48,661 bases of DNA from Deferribacterales bacterium (GCA_050253335.1 JBFWJG010000012.1:1-48661); one strand, 5' to 3'. Positions 27,749-38,008 are shown, counted from the stretch's first letter. Program-made: numbers and translations. Notes: generated from the letters alone by a model not told the origin.

Positions 27749-27973
27749 ATGGTCAAAGTTATTATTAACGGTGAAAAATGCAAGGGGTGCGGTCTGTGCA
27801 TTCAGGTCTGTCCCAAAAAGATTCTCCGTTTTTCAGAAAACATAAACTCCATGGGCTACAGCGTTATTATGTGTACGGATCAGGAAGCGTGCATCCTGTG
27901 CAAAAGCTGCGCGCTTGTCTGTCCCGATGTGGTTTTCACCCTTCAGAAACAGGATTCAGGCGGTAAAAAATGA
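27749..27973 (+). CDS. 2x[4Fe-4S] ferredoxin, delta subunit of 2-oxoacid:ferredoxin oxidoreductase
   Basis: CKGCGLCIQVCP and CILCKSCALVCP. Confidence 0.93.
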   Translation: MVKVIINGEKCKGCGLCIQVCPKKILRFSENINSMGYSVIMCTDQEACILCKSCALVCPDVVFTLQKQDSGGKK

Positions 27974-29019
27974 GCGGAAAAGTACTGATGAAGGGGAATG
28001 AAGCCATAGCCGAAGCCTCCGTAAGGGCGGGGCTCGCGGGCTATTTCGGCTATCCTATCACCCCCCAGAATGAATTTACGGCATATATGTCATACCACAT
28101 GCCCGCCAGAGGCAGAGCCTTTGTTCAGGCGGAAAGCGAAGTGGCGGCGATCAACATGGTCTACGGCGCCGCCGCAACCGGATGCAGGGTAATGACATCC
28201 TCCTCAAGCCCCGGCATCGCACTCATGCAGGAAGCCATTTCCTACATGTGCGGAGCGGAGGTTCCCGCGGTCATCGTGAACATAATGCGCGGCGGCCCCG
28301 GCCTCGGCAACATAGGCCCCAGTCAGGGCGACTACAACCAGGCTACAAGAGGCGGCGGCAACGGCGACTACAAAATGGTTGTCTACGCTCCTTCCACAGT
28401 TCAGGAAGCGGTTGATCTCACCTATAATGCTTTTGACATAGCAGACAAATATAAAATTCCCGTCTTCATCCTCGGCGACGGCGCACTCGGCCAGATGGCG
28501 GAGCCTGTTCTCCTTCCGGAGGAAAAACCCGTGATGAACGGCGATCAGGGCTGGGGCTTGGGCGGAGCAAAAGGCAGGGAGCCCAGAGCGGTTATGTCGC
28601 TCAGGCTTGCTGAGGGCCAGCTCAGGAAGCACAACTGGGATCTCGCCTCGAAGTTTGAAAGGATAGCCGAAGCGGAAACAAAATACGAACTCACCGACAC
28701 TGATTACGATGTTCTCGTGGCGGCCTTCGGCACAGCGGCTAGGGTTGCAAAAACCGCAATCCGCCAGCTTAGAGAGCAGGGCATAAAGGCAGCCCTTTTC
28801 CGCCCCGTAACCATATGCCCCTTCCCTTATGCTGCGCTTGCGGATGCGGCGAAAAAGGCGAAGAAGGTTCTGGTTGCAGAGATGAACACAGGGCAGATGC
28901 TCTTTGATGTTAAGGTGGCCGTTGAGGGCGCTGTTCCCGTTGAGTTTATGGGCTGTCCCGGCGGGGAATCCTTCTCACCGGAGGAGATAGCCTCAAAAAT
29001 AAAAGAGATGCAGGGGTAG
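27970..29019 (+). CDS. 2-oxoacid:ferredoxin oxidoreductase alpha subunit (VOR-like)
   Basis: [35 protein letters not shown]. Confidence 0.93.
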   Translation: MSGKVLMKGNEAIAEASVRAGLAGYFGYPITPQNEFTAYMSYHMPARGRAFVQAESEVAAINMVYGAAATGCRVMTSSSSPGIALMQEAISYMCGAEVPAVIVNIMRGGPGLGNIGPSQGDYNQATRGGGNGDYKMVVYAPSTVQEAVDLTYNAFDIADKYKIPVFILGDGALGQMAEPVLLPEEKPVMNGDQGWGLGGAKGREPRAVMSLRLAEGQLRKHNWDLASKFERIAEAETKYELTDTDYDVLVAAFGTAARVAKTAIRQLREQGIKAALFRPVTICPFPYAALADAAKKAKKVLVAEMNTGQMLFDVKVAVEGAVPVEFMGCPGGESFSPEEIASKIKEMQG

Positions 29020-29023
29020 ACGG

Positions 29024-29773
29024 ATGAGCATAGTTTTTCAGAAACCCGAAAGCCTTACTGATAAAACCACAATCTTCTGCCCCGGATGCAGCCACGGAAT
29101 AATCCACAGGCTGGTGGGCGAGGTTCTGGACGAGCTTGAACTCCGCGAAACCACGGTGGGCGTTGCCCCTGTCGGGTGCGCGGTTCTTCTTTATGAATAT
29201 TTCAGGACAGATATAGTCGAAGCGCCCCACGGGAGAGCGCCCGCCCTTGCCACAGGCATAAAAAGGGTGAGACCCGACCTCACCGTTTTCAGCTATCAGG
29301 GTGACGGAGACCTCGCCTCCATAGGCATGGCGGAAATTATGCACGCCGCCAACAGGGGCGAGATGATAACAGTCATCTTCGTGAACAACGCCAACTACGG
29401 CATGACAGGCGGGCAGATGGCTCCCACCACCCTGCCGGGGCAGAGAACAACCACAACCCCCACAGGAAGGGACTGCGCCACCCACGGCTCACCTTTCAGA
29501 ATGGCGGAGATAATGGGCGCTCTTGACCCTGTTGTTTACAGCACAAGGGTAAGCGCCGCCACTCCCGCCAAGATAATGAAGGCGAAAAAGGCCATCAAAA
29601 AAGCCTTTCAGAACCAGAAGGAGAACAAAGGCTTCTCATTTGTTGAAGTTCTTTCCACCTGCCCCACAAACTGGGGCATGACTCCCGCTGACGCGGTTCA
29701 GTTTGTGGAAAAGGACATGGAAGCCTATTATCCCCTCGGAGTGTTCAAAGATGCGGACGGGGGTGAGAAATGA
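29024..29773 (+). CDS. 2-oxoacid:ferredoxin oxidoreductase beta (TPP-binding) subunit
   Basis: [25 protein letters not shown]. Confidence 0.93.
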   Translation: MSIVFQKPESLTDKTTIFCPGCSHGIIHRLVGEVLDELELRETTVGVAPVGCAVLLYEYFRTDIVEAPHGRAPALATGIKRVRPDLTVFSYQGDGDLASIGMAEIMHAANRGEMITVIFVNNANYGMTGGQMAPTTLPGQRTTTTPTGRDCATHGSPFRMAEIMGALDPVVYSTRVSAATPAKIMKAKKAIKKAFQNQKENKGFSFVEVLSTCPTNWGMTPADAVQFVEKDMEAYYPLGVFKDADGGEK

Positions 29774-30318
29774 TTTTTGAAAGCGTAATGGCCGGCTTCG
29801 GCGGTCAGGGTATTCTCAGTGCGGGAATGATGCTCGCACACATTGCCTCTCACAAGGGGCTGAACGTCACATGGTTCCCCTCATACGGAGCGGAGCAGAG
29901 GGGCGGAACAGCAAACTGCACAGTTGTTATCTCCGACCTTGAGATAGGCTCGCCCATAGTCACCGCACCCGCTTACGGGCTTATAATGAACATGCCCTCC
30001 TTCAATAAGTTCCAGCCGCGCTTCCGCAAAGGGGCAAAGGCTGTCCTTGACACCACCCTTGTTGATCCTTCTGCGGTGACAAGAACGGATGTTGAGTTTT
30101 ACGGACTGAACGCAGGGGACATAGCCCGCGATCTGGGTAATGTAAAGGTTGCCAACATGGTTATGATAGGCGGTCTTCTGGCAGTTTCGGGGCTCTTCAC
30201 TCTGGAAGAGGCCGTAGCCGAGCTTCCCAACGCCCTCTCTAAGAAGCATCATGATCTGATACCTCTGAATGAGCAGGCGCTGTCCAAAGGGTTCAGCGAA
30301 ATCAAAAAGATAAACTAA
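29770..30318 (+). CDS. 2-oxoacid:ferredoxin oxidoreductase gamma subunit
   Basis: [23 protein letters not shown]. Confidence 0.93.
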   Translation: MIFESVMAGFGGQGILSAGMMLAHIASHKGLNVTWFPSYGAEQRGGTANCTVVISDLEIGSPIVTAPAYGLIMNMPSFNKFQPRFRKGAKAVLDTTLVDPSAVTRTDVEFYGLNAGDIARDLGNVKVANMVMIGGLLAVSGLFTLEEAVAELPNALSKKHHDLIPLNEQALSKGFSEIKKIN

Positions 30319-30326
30319 AAGTTAAA

Positions 30327-30358
30327 CAGGGCGTCCTTCGGGACGCCCTGCCTGTTTT
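30327..30358 (+). terminator. Terminator hairpin with UUCG tetraloop
   Basis: CAGGGCGTCC-TTCG-GGACGCCCTG followed by CCTGTTTT. Confidence 0.75.
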
Positions 30359-30508
30359 GGAAATAAAAATTAAACTTACCATAAAACTCTTTACAGTAAA
30401 GGGTTACACAATTGTTTCAGGGTTGCGTGAGATTCATAAAATTTTCTATTGAGTTTTTTAATGTAATCCTCTAAAACAAAATACTTTTCTATTTTCGGAG
30501 GTTCTGAT

Positions 30509-31498
30509 ATGTCGCTTATGAATAAGTTCTGGGACATCGCCAAGTCCAGAAACAAAACGATCGTTTTGCCGGAAGGAACTGATGAAAGGACAATAGACGC
30601 CGCCAACGCCATAGTCGAAAACGGACTCGCCAAAGTTATAGTTCTCGGTGATGAAAAGGAAGTAAGGGGGCTCTTCGCGCAGAAGGGCTACGCAGTGAAA
30701 TGCGAAATCATCGACCCGAAAACCAGCAAATATCTTGAAGAATTCACAAACTATTATTACGAGAAGAGAAAATCCAAAGGGATGACAATGGAGGAAGCCT
30801 CAGAAAGCATGAAGGATGTGCTTTATTTCGGCTCCATGCTTGTGGAAAAAGGAATCGCCGACGGCGCAGTAACCGGAGCCTGTCACACTACGGGCGACGT
30901 TCTGAGAGCCGCTATCCGTGTTATCGGAACCAAAAAAGGGATGAGGACGGTTTCAAGCTGCTTCATCATGGTTACTCCCAAGCCCGAATTCGGCAAGGAC
31001 GGCGCAGTTCTCTTTGCAGACTGTGCGGTTATCCCCAACCCTGACGCAAGAACACTCGCTGAAATCGCCCTCGCCACGGCGGGCAGCTGCAAGGCCTTCC
31101 TTGAGGTTGAGCCTAAGGTGGCTCTGCTCTCGTTCTCCACAAAGGGAAGCGCTCAGCACGCCGATGTGGACAAGGTGACGGAAGCCCTTAAAATAGCGAA
31201 AGAGCTTGCTCCGGAACTTGCCATTGACGGCGAGCTTCAGGCGGATGCGGCGCTTCTTGCCTCCGTCGGCGCGAAAAAGGCTCCGGGAAGCAATGTGGCC
31301 GGACAGGCGAACGTCCTTGTTTTCCCCACCCTTGATGCAGGAAACATAGGCTACAAACTCGTGGAAAGAATCGCAGGCGCGGAAGCCATAGGCCCGGTTA
31401 TTCAGGGACTGGCGAAGCCGGTGAACGATCTTTCCAGAGGATGCAAATACATGGATATAGTGAACGTTGCCGCCATTACGGCAGTTCAGGCTGATTAA
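30509..31498 (+). CDS. pta: Phosphate acetyltransferase
   Basis: [36 protein letters not shown]. Confidence 0.97.
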   Translation: MSLMNKFWDIAKSRNKTIVLPEGTDERTIDAANAIVENGLAKVIVLGDEKEVRGLFAQKGYAVKCEIIDPKTSKYLEEFTNYYYEKRKSKGMTMEEASESMKDVLYFGSMLVEKGIADGAVTGACHTTGDVLRAAIRVIGTKKGMRTVSSCFIMVTPKPEFGKDGAVLFADCAVIPNPDARTLAEIALATAGSCKAFLEVEPKVALLSFSTKGSAQHADVDKVTEALKIAKELAPELAIDGELQADAALLASVGAKKAPGSNVAGQANVLVFPTLDAGNIGYKLVERIAGAEAIGPVIQGLAKPVNDLSRGCKYMDIVNVAAITAVQAD

Positions 31499-31511
31499 GG
31501 AGGAAGTGCCG

Positions 31512-32762
31512 ATGTTCATACTGGCTCTTAACTGCGGCAGCTCGTCCGCCAAATACCAGCTTTATGACTGGGACAATAAAAAAGTTATCGCAAAAGGTGT
31601 TGTTGAGCGCGTCGGTATAGGCGACTCGTTCATAGTGCACGAAGTGGACGGAAGACCCACCTACAGGGATGAATACGAGTGCCACGACCACGGAACGGCC
31701 GTTGAGCTCATAGTCAAAACCCTCACATCCTCCGAAACAGGCGTTATCACCAATATGAAGGAGATCTCCGCTGTCGGTCACAGGGTTGTCCACGGCGGCG
31801 ACAAGTTTAAGAGGAGCGTCAGACTTGACGCAGATGTAATAAAAACCATAGAGGATGTCCAGCACCTCGCCCCCCTTCACAACCCTCCCAACCTTGCGGG
31901 GATAAGGGCGGCATACACTGTTCTGCCCGATGTGCCTCAGGTGGCCATCTTCGACACTGCCTTCCACCAGACAATGCCCGACTACGCATATATGTACGCA
32001 GTGCCCTATGAGTGGTACGAGGATTACGGAGTAAGACGCTACGGATTCCACGGCACAAGCCATCTTTACGTATCCAAGCGCGCGGCGGCTCTCCTCGGGA
32101 AAAACTCGAAAGACTGCAACATCATAACCATGCACATAGGCAACGGTGTTTCCCATACCGCCATAAAAAACGGCGTGTCAGTGGACACATCCATGGGTCT
32201 CACACCCCTTGAAGGCGCGATAATGGGAACCAGATGCGGCGACCTCGATCCGGCTATCCCGCTTTTTATGCAGGGACAGCTCGATATCGACTACCGCAAG
32301 ATGGACACAATCCTCAACAAAAAATCCGGTATGCTCGGCATAAGCGGCAAATACACCGACAGAAGGGATATTCTCCAGTGCAGTTTTCCTGAAAGCAAGG
32401 ACAGATGCCGTCTGGCCATAGACATGGAAGCCTACAGGCTGAAAAAATACATAGGCACATACTATGCTGTTCTCGGCAGGGTGGATGCGATCGTCTTCAC
32501 CGCGGGAGTCGGCGAAAACGCCGGAATAATCCGTCAGAAGGCTCTGGAAGGGCTTGAGGATATGGGAATCATCGTTGATGAGCAGAAAAACCTCTCCACA
32601 TTCTCCAAGCACGGCGAAACCGAAATCTCCACTCCCGAGTCAAAGGTAAAAGTTTTCGTCATCCCCACCAACGAGGAGCTTGTCTTCGTGGAGGATGTTG
32701 TGGCTATTCTCAACGGAACCTACAAAGATCACACAGAGTACGAGTATTCGTTTCTCAAATAG
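31512..32762 (+). CDS. ackA: Acetate kinase
   Basis: LNCGSSS.K, GHRVVHGG, APLHNP, FDTAFH, YGFHGTSH, IPTNEE. Confidence 0.98.
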   Translation: MFILALNCGSSSAKYQLYDWDNKKVIAKGVVERVGIGDSFIVHEVDGRPTYRDEYECHDHGTAVELIVKTLTSSETGVITNMKEISAVGHRVVHGGDKFKRSVRLDADVIKTIEDVQHLAPLHNPPNLAGIRAAYTVLPDVPQVAIFDTAFHQTMPDYAYMYAVPYEWYEDYGVRRYGFHGTSHLYVSKRAAALLGKNSKDCNIITMHIGNGVSHTAIKNGVSVDTSMGLTPLEGAIMGTRCGDLDPAIPLFMQGQLDIDYRKMDTILNKKSGMLGISGKYTDRRDILQCSFPESKDRCRLAIDMEAYRLKKYIGTYYAVLGRVDAIVFTAGVGENAGIIRQKALEGLEDMGIIVDEQKNLSTFSKHGETEISTPESKVKVFVIPTNEELVFVEDVVAILNGTYKDHTEYEYSFLK

Positions 32763-32767
32763 ATAAT

Positions 32768-33157
32768 AGCCGCACCTGCGTCCTGCGGTGCGGCTGAAAC
32801 CGCTCGCGGCTTGCAAAGCAAGCCTTCGCTCCGCACGGCGCAGTTCCATCCATGGAACTGTCAGGAGAACGCTGAGTATTTAAAGCTGACATATCATAGA
32901 TAATAGCCGCACCTGCGTCCTGCGGTGCGGCTGAAACCGCTCGCGCCTTGCAAAGCAAGCCTTCGCTCCGCACGGCGCAGCATCTTGTCTTCACATCCAA
33001 AATTTGCCTTCCATGGAAATTTTGGACACACGCTCGCGGCTTGCAAAGCAAGCCTTCGCTCCGCACGGCGCAGTTCCATCCGTGGAACTGCTAGAAAAAT
33101 ACTGAATATTTAAAGCTGACATATATGTGGATAATAACTGCGTCCTGCGGTGCGGCT
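32768..33157. repeat. Cluster of family A repeats: copy 4 (32768-32860), copy 5 (32905-32980, lacks third hairpin), copy 6 (32996-33091), fragment (33138-33157)
   Basis: Core CGCTCGCG(G/C)CTTGCAAAGCAAGCCTTCGCTCCGCACGGCGCAG occurs three times; tail CTGARTATTTAAAGCTGACATAT at 32872 and 33102. Confidence 0.92.
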
Positions 33158-33432
33158 GGCTTTCTCCTTAGTTTGCTAATAATAAAATTTGTCTGATTTC
33201 ACTTGAATTTTATTTTTTACGGCACATCTTTTAAAAAGCACATATCAGAACCTGAAAACACAAAGATTGGGATTTTGAATTTTTGATGCATTTAACAAAA
33301 CATCAGAAAGCTTCATAAAACCTGATTTAAACGGAGTCTGAAAATACACGCCGGATTGACTGACAAATATTTCTCGTGTGTGTTGATGACTGAGCCGATA
33401 GGTATGGTATACTAAAACTGGAGGGTGCGATT

Positions 33433-33807
33433 ATGAAACGCTTGGAAATTGCCCTGCAGGAGCAGGAAAAATTAACGGTTGAAGCAGTAATCGGCAGACT
33501 TGCCGTGCATATAGAAGAGCGCAGCGAATCTATGCGCATTGTCGGAACCACAAAAGATCCCTATGTTGTGGAAAACGGCGGTGTTAAGCTTATTGCAGAA
33601 AAGCTGGACTTCCTTTTCGACGACACACTCTCCTTTGACTGGTTCATGGAGAACGTGCACGAAGGCTACGGCATAGGTCTGAGCCGTGAAAAAGACGAGT
33701 TTTTCAATCTGGACGACCTTTTTGACATAGAGTACATAGAAGACACCGAGGAAAACGAGGTGGACATCCCTGGCTACGTGGTGATGGCCGCCGCAGTATC
33801 AAGATAA
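33433..33807 (+). CDS. Acidic hypothetical protein
   Basis: 124-aa ORF with GGAGG RBS and a downstream terminator; no family recognised. Confidence 0.75.
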   Translation: MKRLEIALQEQEKLTVEAVIGRLAVHIEERSESMRIVGTTKDPYVVENGGVKLIAEKLDFLFDDTLSFDWFMENVHEGYGIGLSREKDEFFNLDDLFDIEYIEDTEENEVDIPGYVVMAAAVSR

Positions 33808-33812
33808 CCGTG

Positions 33813-33845
33813 AAGCCCCGCCTGCTTAGAAAAGGCGGGGTTTTT
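33813..33845. terminator. Terminator between convergent genes
   Basis: AAGCCCCGCCT-N9-AGGCGGGGTTTTT. Confidence 0.75.
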
Positions 33846-33848
33846 ACT

Positions 33849-34742
33849 TTACTCTTCCGAACCCTTTCTCTTCTTTTTCTCCGCATACATGACTTCATCA
33901 GCTATATTCAGAAGAGCGTCAACATCCGAGCATTTGTCATCACACAGCGCCCAGCCTATACTGGCCGAAAGGCTGTAGCTGCGTATGCCCGAATCATTCA
34001 GTTTCTTTATTCTTTCCTGAACCCTTTTTTTAACAATAGGAGCATCCGCGGGGGTTTCCAGAACCACCGCAGCCGCAAACTCATCCCCGCCCAGACGTGC
34101 GGTTACATCCGATTCCCTGAAGGATTTCCGCATTATATCCGCCATATCGATGAGCGCCTTATCCCCTTCTGAATGACCGAGATTGTCGTTTATGTACTTC
34201 ATGCCGTCCAGATCTATGAAGTATATAATGAAAACGCCTGTTCCCCGCTTGTTTATCTTCAGCAGTTCATCCACTTTCAGCATAAATCCCCGCCTGTTGT
34301 TGAGGCCGGTGAGTTCATCCTTGAAAGACATTTTGTGGAGATGGAGCACGGTTTTCTGGCGTTCTATGGCATAGTTGACAGCCCTTACAAGCTGTTTTTC
34401 ATCAAACTGCCCCTTGACGATATAGTCCTGCGCCCCCTCGCGCACTGCGGAGAGTGCTATGGTTTCATCATCATTTCCGGTGAGAACCACAATAGGGGTT
34501 CGGGGAGAGGCCTCGCGGGCTTTTATGAATGTCTCAAGCCCGAAGCTGTCCGGCAGGGCGAGATCAAGAAGCACGGCATCATAATGAGCCGCCTTGAGAG
34601 CATCAAGGGCGGCAGAGAGCCTGTCCGTCTTTTTACAGCGGAAGTCAAACTGTGCGTTATCATGGAGCATTATTTCGATAAGACGGGCATCACCCGGATT
34701 ATCCTCCACTATCAGAACATTCAAATGCGTCTCTTTATCCAT
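33849..34742 (-). CDS. Receiver-GGDEF diguanylate cyclase
   Basis: REC domain (VEDN, LLDL.LPD, DYIVK) plus RLGGDEF with RESD I-site. Confidence 0.93.
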   Translation of the reverse strand: MDKETHLNVLIVEDNPGDARLIEIMLHDNAQFDFRCKKTDRLSAALDALKAAHYDAVLLDLALPDSFGLETFIKAREASPRTPIVVLTGNDDETIALSAVREGAQDYIVKGQFDEKQLVRAVNYAIERQKTVLHLHKMSFKDELTGLNNRRGFMLKVDELLKINKRGTGVFIIYFIDLDGMKYINDNLGHSEGDKALIDMADIMRKSFRESDVTARLGGDEFAAAVVLETPADAPIVKKRVQERIKKLNDSGIRSYSLSASIGWALCDDKCSDVDALLNIADEVMYAEKKKRKGSEE

Positions 34743-34745
34743 AAA

Positions 34746-35188
34746 TCATCCTTCCGGCAGGAATGCGAGCTTCAGCCAGAACTGCTCTATTGTTTTGACG
34801 ACATGTTCAAACTCATCCAGATCGACCGGCTTTTTGACATATGCGTTGGCGTAAAGCCCGTAAGCTGTCTGTATATCCTTATCGGATGAGGAGGTTGTAA
34901 GCACAATAACAGGAATGCTTCTCATACTTTCGTTCTGCTTTATATCCGCAAGCACCTCTCTGCCGTCTTTTCGGGGCAGATTGAGATCAAGAAGAATGAG
35001 ATCCGGACGGGGCGAACTGAAAAACTCGTCCTGCCGGTATAGAAAACGCAGGGCGTCCACCCCGTCTTTAACCACGCTTATGTTGCAGGGGGTTTCGATA
35101 TCCCTGAAAGCCTCTTTCAGGAGCGTGCGTCTCCGGCGTTGTCTTCAACCAGAAGAATCCCGAACGGAACATTTTTTTCTCTGCCCAT
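34746..35188 (-). pseudogene. Single-domain response regulator with a 1-nt frameshift near 35122
   Basis: ATG 35188 reads MGREKNVPFGILLVEDNAGDARS-stop; adding one base gives DARLLKEAFRDIETPCNISVVKDGVDAL..., a 147-aa receiver; span is 443 nt. Confidence 0.85.
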
Positions 35189-36969
35189 TATTCACGCCCC
35201 TTACCCTGAAGGGTGAAGATAAAGTCGGAGCCTTTCCCCTCGGCGGATTCAACGCTTATTTCTCCGCCGTGGCGCTCCACTATCTTTTTGCATATGGCAA
35301 GGCCGATCCCTGTTCCGGGGAATTCTTCCTTGGTGTGGAGCCTCTGGAATATTACAAAGATTCTGTCCAGATATTTTTTATCTATGCCTATACCGTTATC
35401 TTTTACCATAAACCGGAAGAGATTGCCTTCCTTTTTGGAGGTTATTTCGATTTCAGGCTTAACCCCTTCCCTGCTGAACTTGACAGCGTTTCCGATCAGG
35501 TTCTGAAAAAGCTGTATCATCTGTGAGTTATCCGCCCATATCGTGGGCAGTTTGGAATATTTTATCACGGCTCCGGATTCTTCGATAACCCCTTTGAGGT
35601 TTGCCTTAACGGCGTCCAGAACCCCGTTCAGATCAACGTGAGTGAATTCGCCGCCCTTTGTTCCCACACGGGAATAGCTGAGCAGGTCGTTTATCAGTAC
35701 CTGCATCCTGTTCGCCCCGTCCACCGCATAGTTGATGAACTCCGCGGCATCGCCGTCCAGCTTGTCCTTGTACCTTTTCGCCAGAAGCTGGGTATAGCTT
35801 GAGATCATCCGCAGAGGTTCCTGAAGGTCATGGCTTGCGATATATGCGAACTGCTCAAGCTCCTCGTTAGAGCGTTCCAGTTCAGATGTTCTTTCCGCAA
35901 GTTCCCTGTCCCTTTCCTGAAGGGCTTCGGCCATGGAGTCAAAGGCCTTTGCAAGCTGGCCGAGCTCCCCTCTGCCGTATCTTATTCCTGTGCGGACGGT
36001 AAGGTCCCCCGCGCTGAGCTCCTTGGTCACGTTAGCCAGACGGTTAATTTTATTCAGGGCAAAAAGACTGCCCGCCACCCATGCCGTTATGAGCACTATT
36101 GTGCTGAAAACAATCCACACGCCTATGTAGAAGAATACCTTTTTCACAGGTTCCATGGCGAGCTTTTCGGGAATGCCCACCATAAGGCGGAGGTTTGTCC
36201 CCTGTCCTGTCATTGTTGTGAAGCCGAAGAGGCGTTTCTCTCCGTCCAGCCCCACAGCGCGGAACATGCCGTCATTGCTGCTCTGCATCATCTCCACTGC
36301 CTTTGAGCGGCCTATGCTGCGGCCTATCCAGTCTCCGGCGTCCGGATACATTGCCATTATTTTGCCTGAGCTGTCCAGAACGGTGAGCGTTGTCCCCTCC
36401 GGAAGCTGAGAGCCGGCGGCTATTGAGCGGAACCATGAAAGATTGAATGTGGCGGAAAGAACCCCTTTTACAACTCCGTCGGACTCAACAGGGTATGAAA
36501 GGCTGAACTCCGTTGCTCCGGTAACAAGCCCCAGTCTGTATGACCCGAAATAGAAGGAGCCTTCGGAAACAGCTTTTGTGAACCATTCAGTGTTCGTCGG
36601 GATGCGTGTTATGGTCAGGGGTCTTCCGGAACAGACGATAGAGCCGCTTCCGTTCACGAGGAGAAGATTCTCATAGGAAGGATAAATATCTATAAGATCT
36701 GTAAATATTTTGTCACAGGCGGAACCGTCCATGTCCCTGATCTGCGGAATGCGTGAAAGCCCCAGAAGAAGGTGCTTTGTTCCGTTCATGGCGCTGTTGT
36801 TGTGCTCCGCCGCGTATCTGGCGAAGCGGTGTGCGTCCTTCAGCGCTCTGTCCATTTCGTAGCGGATCTCTGAAAACGCCGTGAACAGCAGAACACAGAG
36901 AGCCGGAATCACCGCGAAGAGCACCAGAAGAAGAAGCCTGCCCCGCAGTCCTGAAATACCTATAGCCAT
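35188..36969 (-). CDS. Membrane sensor histidine kinase (Cache-like, HAMP, HisKA, HATPase)
   Basis: Two TM segments, HAMP (ELGQLAKAFDSM), H-box FAYIASHDLQEPLR, NLIGNAVKF, DNGIGI, GTGIGL. Confidence 0.95.
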   Translation of the reverse strand: MAIGISGLRGRLLLLVLFAVIPALCVLLFTAFSEIRYEMDRALKDAHRFARYAAEHNNSAMNGTKHLLLGLSRIPQIRDMDGSACDKIFTDLIDIYPSYENLLLVNGSGSIVCSGRPLTITRIPTNTEWFTKAVSEGSFYFGSYRLGLVTGATEFSLSYPVESDGVVKGVLSATFNLSWFRSIAAGSQLPEGTTLTVLDSSGKIMAMYPDAGDWIGRSIGRSKAVEMMQSSNDGMFRAVGLDGEKRLFGFTTMTGQGTNLRLMVGIPEKLAMEPVKKVFFYIGVWIVFSTIVLITAWVAGSLFALNKINRLANVTKELSAGDLTVRTGIRYGRGELGQLAKAFDSMAEALQERDRELAERTSELERSNEELEQFAYIASHDLQEPLRMISSYTQLLAKRYKDKLDGDAAEFINYAVDGANRMQVLINDLLSYSRVGTKGGEFTHVDLNGVLDAVKANLKGVIEESGAVIKYSKLPTIWADNSQMIQLFQNLIGNAVKFSREGVKPEIEITSKKEGNLFRFMVKDNGIGIDKKYLDRIFVIFQRLHTKEEFPGTGIGLAICKKIVERHGGEISVESAEGKGSDFIFTLQGKGRE

Positions 36970-37034
36970 ATGCGGTGATCCCCTCCTTGTATATGGCTGA
37001 ATTTAACACAGAAAAGCGTAATAATTCAACTCCC

Positions 37035-37063
37035 TTGACAGCTTATGCGCCGGAGACTAAACT
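37035..37063 (+). promoter_or_regulatory. Sigma70 promoter
   Basis: TTGACA-N17-TAAACT upstream of 37090. Confidence 0.65.
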
Positions 37064-37089
37064 CGTAAGCTATATAATACGGAGTACGG

Positions 37090-37563
37090 ATGTCCAGAAT
37101 AGAAGAGAGTGAATACTTTCACAAAGCAATGATGATAACCAAGGCGATGTTTCCCGGGGTTTTTATTTATCTGTTTTTCGCAGGCCTGTCGGAATATTTT
37201 AACTGGAATATTTTTCTGTATGTCTCACCCGACGCCGTCAGGCAGACAGGGTTCGCCTTCATAGCCGTTTCCGTTATCTCCTTTCCTCTGGCAAAGGAGA
37301 TTGAGAAGCACGCGGCAAAAAAAGCAGAGACAGGTGACGGCCTCCTGAAAAGGCTTTACTTCTCCACGCTGATTAACCTCGCGCTGGGAGAATTTTCGGC
37401 TTTTTTCGGCATAATAACATACGTAATGTCCGGCGATATAAGATACTTCTTCCTGTTTTTCAATATCTGCCTTCTGCATATAATCCTCAACAGGCCAACT
37501 TATAAAAAATGGAAAAACCATATGCGGGAACGCTTCACCTCACTGCCAGACGAGGATGAATGA
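37090..37563 (+). CDS. Hypothetical membrane protein (about 4 TM helices)
   Basis: Hydrophobic segments, GGAG RBS, ATGA overlap with the next gene. Confidence 0.8.
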   Translation: MSRIEESEYFHKAMMITKAMFPGVFIYLFFAGLSEYFNWNIFLYVSPDAVRQTGFAFIAVSVISFPLAKEIEKHAAKKAETGDGLLKRLYFSTLINLALGEFSAFFGIITYVMSGDIRYFFLFFNICLLHIILNRPTYKKWKNHMRERFTSLPDEDE

Positions 37564-37970
37564 TGAACGGGAAAAGCTTGTCCCACAAAGGAATTGTAGC
37601 CGAAGCGGACGCCGGAGACGGCGTTCTCATTGAGATAGCCAGAACCGGCGCATGCGGAGACTGCAAGGAGAAAGGAGCCTGCGGGATGACGGAAAGCGGT
37701 TCTCTCTTTGTACGGCTGAAAAGCCCTCGGCCTCTGAAAAAAGGGGATGAAGTGACAGTGGAGATCTCCCGCAGAGAGTTTTACCGCTCAGTGGGGCTGG
37801 TTTACATAACCCCTGTGGCGCTGATGCTCACTGCCGCGGTTGCGGTGAGTTCCGCGGGGTTTTCCGAACTGGCTACAGCTTTTTTCACCCTCGCCGTGCC
37901 CGCCGTTTATTTCCCTGTGCTGAGGCTGTTTCTGAAGAAGAACCCGCGCACAAGCTACCGCATCAAATAA
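37560..37970 (+). CDS. RseC/MucC-family protein
   Basis: R.GACGDC....AC motif, GDEV.V, Y..P followed by two TM helices. Confidence 0.85.
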   Translation: MMNGKSLSHKGIVAEADAGDGVLIEIARTGACGDCKEKGACGMTESGSLFVRLKSPRPLKKGDEVTVEISRREFYRSVGLVYITPVALMLTAAVAVSSAGFSELATAFFTLAVPAVYFPVLRLFLKKNPRTSYRIK

Positions 37971-37984
37971 TTTACCCCTGCCAT

Positions 37985-38008
37985 AAAACCTGCCGAAACG
38001 GCAGGCTT
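37985..38008. terminator. Hairpin between convergent rseC-like gene and hisD
   Basis: CCTGCCG-AAA-CGGCAGG preceded by an A run. Confidence 0.6.

Noticed and set aside
32640..33113. Short ORFs overlapping the repeat cluster (69, 103, 61 and 62 aa)
   Set aside because: They are translations of the repeat with duplicated peptides and no independent coding evidence.
32768..33157. CRISPR array interpretation of the repeated core
   Set aside because: Intervals are irregular (137 and 93 nt), the intervening sequences are themselves repeated hairpins rather than unique spacers, and no cas genes are present.
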